Virus record (IMG/VR): IMGVR_UViG_2565956726_000001
Source: a virus
Lineage: Duplodnaviria > Heunggongvirae > Uroviricota > Caudoviricetes
DNA length: 33,385 nt
Strand: one strand, 5' to 3'
The notes under the pieces: generated by a model
The model's database searches: none
What the model was told of the DNA's origin: nothing
Seen by the model: only the letters and a program-made list of their open reading frames with translations
Shown: positions 28,126-33,385 of the stretch, piece by piece
Position numbering within the stretch: position 1 is the first letter of the stretch
How the letters are laid out: each line of letters starts with the position of its first letter
Position numbers and translations under genes: made by a program

Positions 28126-30679
28126 ACCGGTAGGCGATCTGGTCGTTGATTTGAGTCTGGATGCGGCCAGATTTGACGAGCAGATGGCCAGAGTCAGGCG
28201 TCATTTTTCCGGTACGGAAAGTGATGCGAAAAAAACAGCGGCAGTCGTTGAACAGTCGCTGAGCCGACAGGCGCTGGCTGCACAGAAAGCGGGGATTTCC
28301 GTCGGGCAGTATAAAGCCGCCATGCGTATGCTGCCTGCACAGTTCACCGACGTGGCCACGCAGCTTGCCGGCGGGCAAAGTCCGTGGCTGATCCTGCTGC
28401 AACAGGGGGGGCAGGTGAAGGACTCCTTCGGCGGGATGATCCCCATGTTCAGGGGGCTTGCCGGTGCGATCACCCTGCCGATGGTGGGGGCCACCTCGCT
28501 GGCGGTGGCGACCGGTGCGCTGGCGTATGCCTGGTATCAGGGCAACTCAACCCTGTCCGATTTCAACAAAACGCTGGTCCTTTCCGGCAATCAGGCGGGA
28601 CTGACGGCAGATCGTATGCTGGTCCTGTCCAGAGCCGGGCAGGCGGCAGGGCTGACGTTTAACCAGACCAGCGAGTCACTCAGCGCACTGGTTAAGGCGG
28701 GGGTAAGCGGTGAGGCTCAGATTGCGTCCATCAGCCAGAGTGTGGCGCGTTTCTCCTCTGCATCCGGCGTGGAGGTGGACAAGGTCGCTGAAGCCTTCGG
28801 GAAGCTGACCACAGACCCGACGTCGGGGCTGACGGCGATGGCACGCCAGTTCCATAACGTGACGGCGGAGCAGATTGCGTATGTTGCTCAGTTGCAGCGT
28901 TCCGGCGATGAAGCCGGGGCATTGCAGGCGGCGAACGAGGCCGCAACGAAAGGGTTTGATGACCAGACCCGCCGCCTGAAAGAGAACATGGGCACGCTGG
29001 AGACCTGGGCAGACAGGACTGCGCGGGCATTCAAATCCATGTGGGATGCGGTGCTGGATATTGGTCGTCCTGATACCGCGCAGGAGATGCTGATTAAGGC
29101 AGAGGCTGCGTTTAAGAAAGCAGACGACATCTGGAATCTGCGCAAGGATGATTATTTTGTTAACGATGAAGCGCGGGCGCGTTACTGGGATGATCGTGAA
29201 AAGGCCCGTCTTGCGCTTGAAGCCGCCCGAAAGAAGGCTGAGCAGCAGACTCAACAGGACAAAAATGCGCAGCAGCAGAGCGATACCGAAGCGTCACGGC
29301 TGAAATATACCGAAGAGGCGCAGAAGGCTTACGAACGGCTGCAGACGCCGCTGGAGAAATATACCGCCCGTCAGGAAGAACTGAACAAGGCACTGAAAGA
29401 CGGGAAAATCCTGCAGGCGGATTACAACACGCTGATGGCGGCGGCGAAAAAGGATTATGAAGCGACGCTGAAAAAGCCGAAACAGTCCGGCGTGAAGGTG
29501 TCTGCGGGCGATCGTCAGGAAGACAGTGCTCATGCTGCCCTGCTGACGCTTCAGGCAGAACTCCGGACGCTGGAGAAGCATGCCGGAGCAAATGAGAAAA
29601 TCAGCCAGCAGCGCCGGGATTTGTGGAAGGCGGAGAGTCAGTTCGCGGTACTGGAGGAGGCGGCGCAACGTCGCCAGCTGTCTGCACAGGAGAAATCCCT
29701 GCTGGCGCATAAAGATGAGACGCTGGAGTACAAACGCCAGCTGGCTGCACTTGGCGACAAGGTTACGTATCAGGAGCGCCTGAACGCGCTGGCGCAGCAG
29801 GCGGATAAATTCGCACAGCAGCAACGGGCAAAACGGGCCGCTATTGATGCGAAAAGCCGGGGGCTGACTGACCGGCAGGCAGAACGGGAAGCCACGGAAC
29901 AGCGCCTGAAGGAACAGTATGGCGATAATCCGCTGGCGCTGAATAACGTCATGTCAGAGCAGAAAAAGACCTGGGCGGCTGAAGACCAGCTTCGCGGGAA
30001 CTGGATGGCAGGCCTGAAGTCCGGCTGGAGTGAGTGGGAAGAGAGCGCCACGGACAGTATGTCGCAGGTAAAAAGTGCAGCCACGCAGACCTTTGATGGT
30101 ATTGCACAGAATATGGCGGCGATGCTGACCGGCAGTGAGCAGAACTGGCGCAGCTTCACCCGTTCCGTGCTGTCCATGATGACAGAAATTCTGCTTAAGC
30201 AGGCAATGGTGGGGATTGTCGGGAGTATCGGCAGCGCCATTGGCGGGGCTGTTGGTGGCGGCGCATCCGCGTCAGGCGGTACAGCCATTCAGGCCGCTGC
30301 GGCGAAATTCCATTTTGCAACCGGAGGATTTACGGGAACCGGCGGCAAATATGAGCCAGCGGGGATTGTTCACCGTGGTGAGTTTGTCTTCACGAAGGAG
30401 GCAACCAGCCGGATTGGCGTGGGGAATCTTTACCGGCTGATGCGCGGCTATGCCACCGGCGGTTATGTCGGTACACCGGGCAGCATGGCAGACAGCCGGT
30501 CGCAGGCGTCCGGGACGTTTGAGCAGAATAACCATGTGGTGATTAACAACGACGGCACGAACGGGCAGATAGGTCCGGCTGCTCTGAAGGCGGTGTATGA
30601 CATGGCCCGCAAGGGTGCCCGTGATGAAATTCAGACACAGATGCGTGATGGTGGCCTGTTCTCCGGAGGTGGACGATGA
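28118..30679 (+). CDS. H: Tail tape measure protein gpH
   Basis: 853 aa, lambda H-like. Confidence 0.95.
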   Translation: MAEPVGDLVVDLSLDAARFDEQMARVRRHFSGTESDAKKTAAVVEQSLSRQALAAQKAGISVGQYKAAMRMLPAQFTDVATQLAGGQSPWLILLQQGGQVKDSFGGMIPMFRGLAGAITLPMVGATSLAVATGALAYAWYQGNSTLSDFNKTLVLSGNQAGLTADRMLVLSRAGQAAGLTFNQTSESLSALVKAGVSGEAQIASISQSVARFSSASGVEVDKVAEAFGKLTTDPTSGLTAMARQFHNVTAEQIAYVAQLQRSGDEAGALQAANEAATKGFDDQTRRLKENMGTLETWADRTARAFKSMWDAVLDIGRPDTAQEMLIKAEAAFKKADDIWNLRKDDYFVNDEARARYWDDREKARLALEAARKKAEQQTQQDKNAQQQSDTEASRLKYTEEAQKAYERLQTPLEKYTARQEELNKALKDGKILQADYNTLMAAAKKDYEATLKKPKQSGVKVSAGDRQEDSAHAALLTLQAELRTLEKHAGANEKISQQRRDLWKAESQFAVLEEAAQRRQLSAQEKSLLAHKDETLEYKRQLAALGDKVTYQERLNALAQQADKFAQQQRAKRAAIDAKSRGLTDRQAEREATEQRLKEQYGDNPLALNNVMSEQKKTWAAEDQLRGNWMAGLKSGWSEWEESATDSMSQVKSAATQTFDGIAQNMAAMLTGSEQNWRSFTRSVLSMMTEILLKQAMVGIVGSIGSAIGGAVGGGASASGGTAIQAAAAKFHFATGGFTGTGGKYEPAGIVHRGEFVFTKEATSRIGVGNLYRLMRGYATGGYVGTPGSMADSRSQASGTFEQNNHVVINNDGTNGQIGPAALKAVYDMARKGARDEIQTQMRDGGLFSGGGR

Positions 30680-31005
30680 AGACCTTCCGCTGGAAAGTGA
30701 AACCAGGTATGGATGTGGCTTCGGTCCCTTCTGTAAGAAAGGTGCGCTTTGGTGATGGCTATTCTCAGCGAGCGCCTGCCGGGCTGAATGCCAACCTGAA
30801 AACGTACAGCGTGACGCTTTCTGTCCCCCGTGAGGAGGCCACGGTACTGGAGTCGTTTCTGGAAGAGCACGGGGGCTGGAAATCCTTTCTGTGGACGCCG
30901 CCTTATGAGTGGCGGCAGATAAAGGTGACCTGCGCAAAATGGTCGTCGCGGGTCAGTATGCTGCGTGTTGAGTTCAGCGCAGAGTTTGAACAGGTGGTGA
31001 ACTGA
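30676..31005 (+). CDS. M: Tail tip protein gpM
   Basis: 109 aa, lambda M-like; ATGA overlap with H. Confidence 0.95.
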   Translation: MKTFRWKVKPGMDVASVPSVRKVRFGDGYSQRAPAGLNANLKTYSVTLSVPREEATVLESFLEEHGGWKSFLWTPPYEWRQIKVTCAKWSSRVSMLRVEFSAEFEQVVN

Positions 31006-31703
31006 TGCAGGATATCCGGCAGGAAACACTGAATGAATGCACCCGTGCGGAGCAGTCGGCCAGCGTGGTGCTCTGGGAAATCGACCTGACAGAGGTCGGT
31101 GGAGAACGTTATTTTTTCTGTAATGAGCAGAACGAAAAAGGTGAGCCGGTCACCTGGCAGGGGCGACAGTATCAGCCGTATCCCATTCAGGGGAGCGGTT
31201 TTGAACTGAATGGCAAAGGCACCAGTACGCGCCCCACGCTGACGGTTTCTAACCTGTACGGTATGGTCACCGGGATGGCGGAAGATATGCAGAGTCTGGT
31301 CGGCGGAACGGTGGTCCGGCGTAAGGTTTACGCCCGTTTTCTGGATGCGGTGAACTTCGTCAACGGAAACAGTTACGCCGATCCGGAGCAGGAGGTGATC
31401 AGCCGCTGGCGCATTGAGCAGTGCAGCGAACTGAGCGCGGTGAGTGCCTCCTTTGTACTGTCCACGCCGACGGAAACGGATGGCGCTGTTTTTCCGGGAC
31501 GTATCATGCTGGCCAACACCTGCACCTGGACCTATCGCGGTGACGAGTGCGGTTATAGCGGTCCGGCTGTCGCGGATGAATATGACCAGCCAACGTCCGA
31601 TATCACGAAGGATAAATGCAGCAAATGCCTGAGTGGCTGTAAGTTTCGCAATAATGTCGGCAACTTTGGCAGCTTCCTTTCCATTAACAAACTTTCGCAG
31701 TAA
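31005..31703 (+). CDS. L: Tail tip protein gpL
   Basis: 232 aa, lambda L-like. Confidence 0.95.
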   Translation: MQDIRQETLNECTRAEQSASVVLWEIDLTEVGGERYFFCNEQNEKGEPVTWQGRQYQPYPIQGSGFELNGKGTSTRPTLTVSNLYGMVTGMAEDMQSLVGGTVVRRKVYARFLDAVNFVNGNSYADPEQEVISRWRIEQCSELSAVSASFVLSTPTETDGAVFPGRIMLANTCTWTYRGDECGYSGPAVADEYDQPTSDITKDKCSKCLSGCKFRNNVGNFGSFLSINKLSQ

Positions 31704-31708
31704 ATCCC

Positions 31709-32452
31709 ATGACAGAGACAGAATCAGCGATTCTGGCGCACGCCCGGCGATGTGCGCCAGCGGAGTCGTGCGGCTTCGTGGTGAGAACGCCGGAGGAGGA
31801 AAGATATTTTCCCTGCGTGAATATCTCCGGTGAGCCGGAGGAGTATTTCCGGATGTCGCCGGAGGACTGGCTGAGTGCAGAAATGCAGGGTGAGATTGTG
31901 GCGCTGGTCCACAGCCACCCCGGTGGCCTGCCCTGGCTGAGTGAGGCCGACCGGCGGCTGCAGGTGCAGAGTGATTTGCCGTGGTGGCTGGTCTGCCGGG
32001 GGACGATTCATAAGTTCCGCTGTGTGCCGCATCTCACCGGGCGGCGCTTTGAGCACGGTGTGACGGACTGTTACACACTGTTCCGGGATGCTTATCATCT
32101 GGCGGGGATTGAGATGCCGGACTTTCATCGTGAGGATGACTGGTGGCGTAACGGCCAGAATCTCTATCTGGATAATCTGGAGGCGACGGGGCTGTATCAG
32201 GTGCCGTTGTCAGCGGCACAGCCGGGCGATGTGCTGCTGTGCTGTTTTGGTTCATCGGTGCCGAATCACGCCGCAATTTACTGCGGCGACGGCGAGCTGC
32301 TGCACCATATTCCTGAACAACTGAGCAAACGAGAGAGGTACACCGACAAATGGCAGCGACGCACACACTCCCTCTGGCGTCACCGGGCATGGCGCGCATC
32401 TGCCTTTACGGGGATTTACAACGATTTGGTCGCCGCATCGACCTTCGTGTGA
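31709..32452 (+). CDS. K: Tail tip assembly protein gpK (JAB/MPN plus NlpC/P60-like); long form, classical 199-aa start at 31853
   Basis: Open frame starts right after L; HSHP JAMM-like motif; C-terminal 199 aa match recalled lambda K. Confidence 0.85.
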   Translation: MTETESAILAHARRCAPAESCGFVVRTPEEERYFPCVNISGEPEEYFRMSPEDWLSAEMQGEIVALVHSHPGGLPWLSEADRRLQVQSDLPWWLVCRGTIHKFRCVPHLTGRRFEHGVTDCYTLFRDAYHLAGIEMPDFHREDDWWRNGQNLYLDNLEATGLYQVPLSAAQPGDVLLCCFGSSVPNHAAIYCGDGELLHHIPEQLSKRERYTDKWQRRTHSLWRHRAWRASAFTGIYNDLVAASTFV

Positions 32453-33020
32453 AAACGAGGGCTGAAGCCATCCGGGCACTGGCCACACAGCTCCCGGCGT
32501 TTCGTCAGAAACTGAGCGACGGCTGGTATCAGGTACGGATTGCCGGGCGGGACGTCAGCACGTCCGGGTTAACGGCGCAGTTACATGAGACTCTGCCTGA
32601 TGGCGCTGTGATTCATATTGTTCCCAGAGTCGCCGGGGCCAAGTCAGGTGGCGTATTCCAGATTGTCCTGGGGGCTGCCGCCATTGCCGGATCATTCTTT
32701 ACCGCCGGAGCCACCCTTGCAGCATGGGGGCAGCCATTGGGGCCGGTGGTATGACCGGCATCCTGTTTTCTCTCGGTGCCAGTATGGTGCTCGGTGGTGT
32801 GGCGCAGATGCTGGCACCGAAAGCCAGAACTCCCCGTACACAGACAACGGATAACGGTAAGCAGAACACCTATTTCTCCTCACTGGATAACATGGTTGCC
32901 CAGGGCAATGTTCTGCCTGTTCTGTACGGGGAAATGCGCGTGGGGTCACGCGTGGTTTCTCAGGAGATCAGCACGGCAGACGAAGGGGACGGTGGTCAGG
33001 TTGTGGTGATTGGTCGCTGA
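32350..33020 (+). pseudogene. I: Tail assembly protein gpI, split by a 1-bp deletion in a G-run (32726-32730)
   Basis: ORF 32350-32754 carries the first 128 residues of lambda I, ORF 32724-33020 the last 95 in the +1 frame; junction is TGGGGGCAGCC where lambda has one more G. Confidence 0.75.
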
Positions 33021-33080
33021 TGCAAAATGTTTTATGTGAAACCGCCTGCGGGCGGTTTTGTCATTTATGGAGCGTGAGGA

Positions 33081-33385
33081 ATGGGTAAAGGAAGCAGTAA
33101 GGGGCATACCCCGCGCGAAGCGAAGGACAACCTGAAGTCCACGCAGTTGCTGAGTGTGATCGATGCCATCAGCGAAGGGCCGGTTGAAGGTCCGGTGGAT
33201 GGATTAAAAAGCGTGCTGCTGAACAGTACGCCGGTGCTGGACAGTGAGGGGAATACCAATATATCCGGCGTCACGGTGGTGTTCCGGGCCGGTGAGCAGG
33301 AGCAGACACCGCCGGAGGGATTTGAATCCTCCGGCTCCGAGACGGTGCTGGGTACGGAAGTGAAGTACGACACGCCGATTACCCG
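33081..33385 (+). CDS. J: Tail tip/host specificity protein gpJ, 5' partial (runs off window end)
   Basis: ATG 33081 with GAGGA SD; MGKGSSKGHTPREAKDNLKSTQLLSVIDAISEGPVEGPVDGL matches the lambda J N-terminus. Confidence 0.9.
   Translation, partial: MGKGSSKGHTPREAKDNLKSTQLLSVIDAISEGPVEGPVDGLKSVLLNSTPVLDSEGNTNISGVTVVFRAGEQEQTPPEGFESSGSETVLGTEVKYDTPIT

Noticed and set aside
28676-30937. Multiple long minus-strand ORFs antisense to the tape-measure gene H
   Set aside because: Typical spurious antisense ORFs in a GC-rich, repeat-rich gene; H on the plus strand matches lambda over its whole length.
33040-33062. Hairpin AACCGCC-TGCG-GGCGGTT plus T-tract between I and J as a full terminator
   Set aside because: J must be co-transcribed with the upstream tail genes; more likely a partial attenuator or mRNA stability element, and recalled lambda sequence has the same feature.

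Overview
The window is a lambdoid prophage, apparently from an Escherichia-type host, running from near the left prophage end to the start of tail fibre gene J. Coordinates 1-986 are the 3' part of an IS3-family element (IS629-like) inserted into the phage integrase, leaving only the first 105 int codons. Next comes a minus-strand early-left operon (xis plus five genes resembling the CPS-53 yfdP/Q/R/S/T set, including an HD-domain phosphohydrolase), then a GC-rich 470-bp non-coding leader with strong dyad symmetry. An AT-rich, opposite-strand gene (4574-5089, coiled-coil plus zinc ribbon) sits where lambda carries rexAB; this gene and the structured leader are the best candidates here for an undescribed function. 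The immunity region has a LexA-like S24 cI repressor, operators of the form TTGTACC-N5-GGTACAA, a Cro-like gene and a CII-like gene. Replication and nin-type genes follow: an O-like initiator with in-gene iterons, a PerC-like protein, a Dam-type methyltransferase, a LexA DNA-binding-domain-only protein, RusA, a KilA-N gene preceded by a LexA box, a DUF968 protein and a QuuD-type Q antiterminator. A porin gene lies in reverse orientation between Q and a phage-21-type lysis cassette (pinholin, SAR endolysin, Rz/Rz1). After a KilA-N gene, a small ORF and two reverse-oriented genes (DUF1398, YlcI-like), the cos site begins a head and tail block (Nu1, A, W, B, C/Nu3, D, E, FI, FII, Z, U, V, G/T, H, M, L, K, I, J) that matches phage lambda almost residue for residue from memory. 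Two lesions stand out in that block: a 43-bp tandem duplication at the FII/Z junction and a 1-bp deletion in a G-run that splits tail gene I. No CRISPR array, tRNA or rRNA was seen. All homology calls are from recall and motifs, not from a database search.
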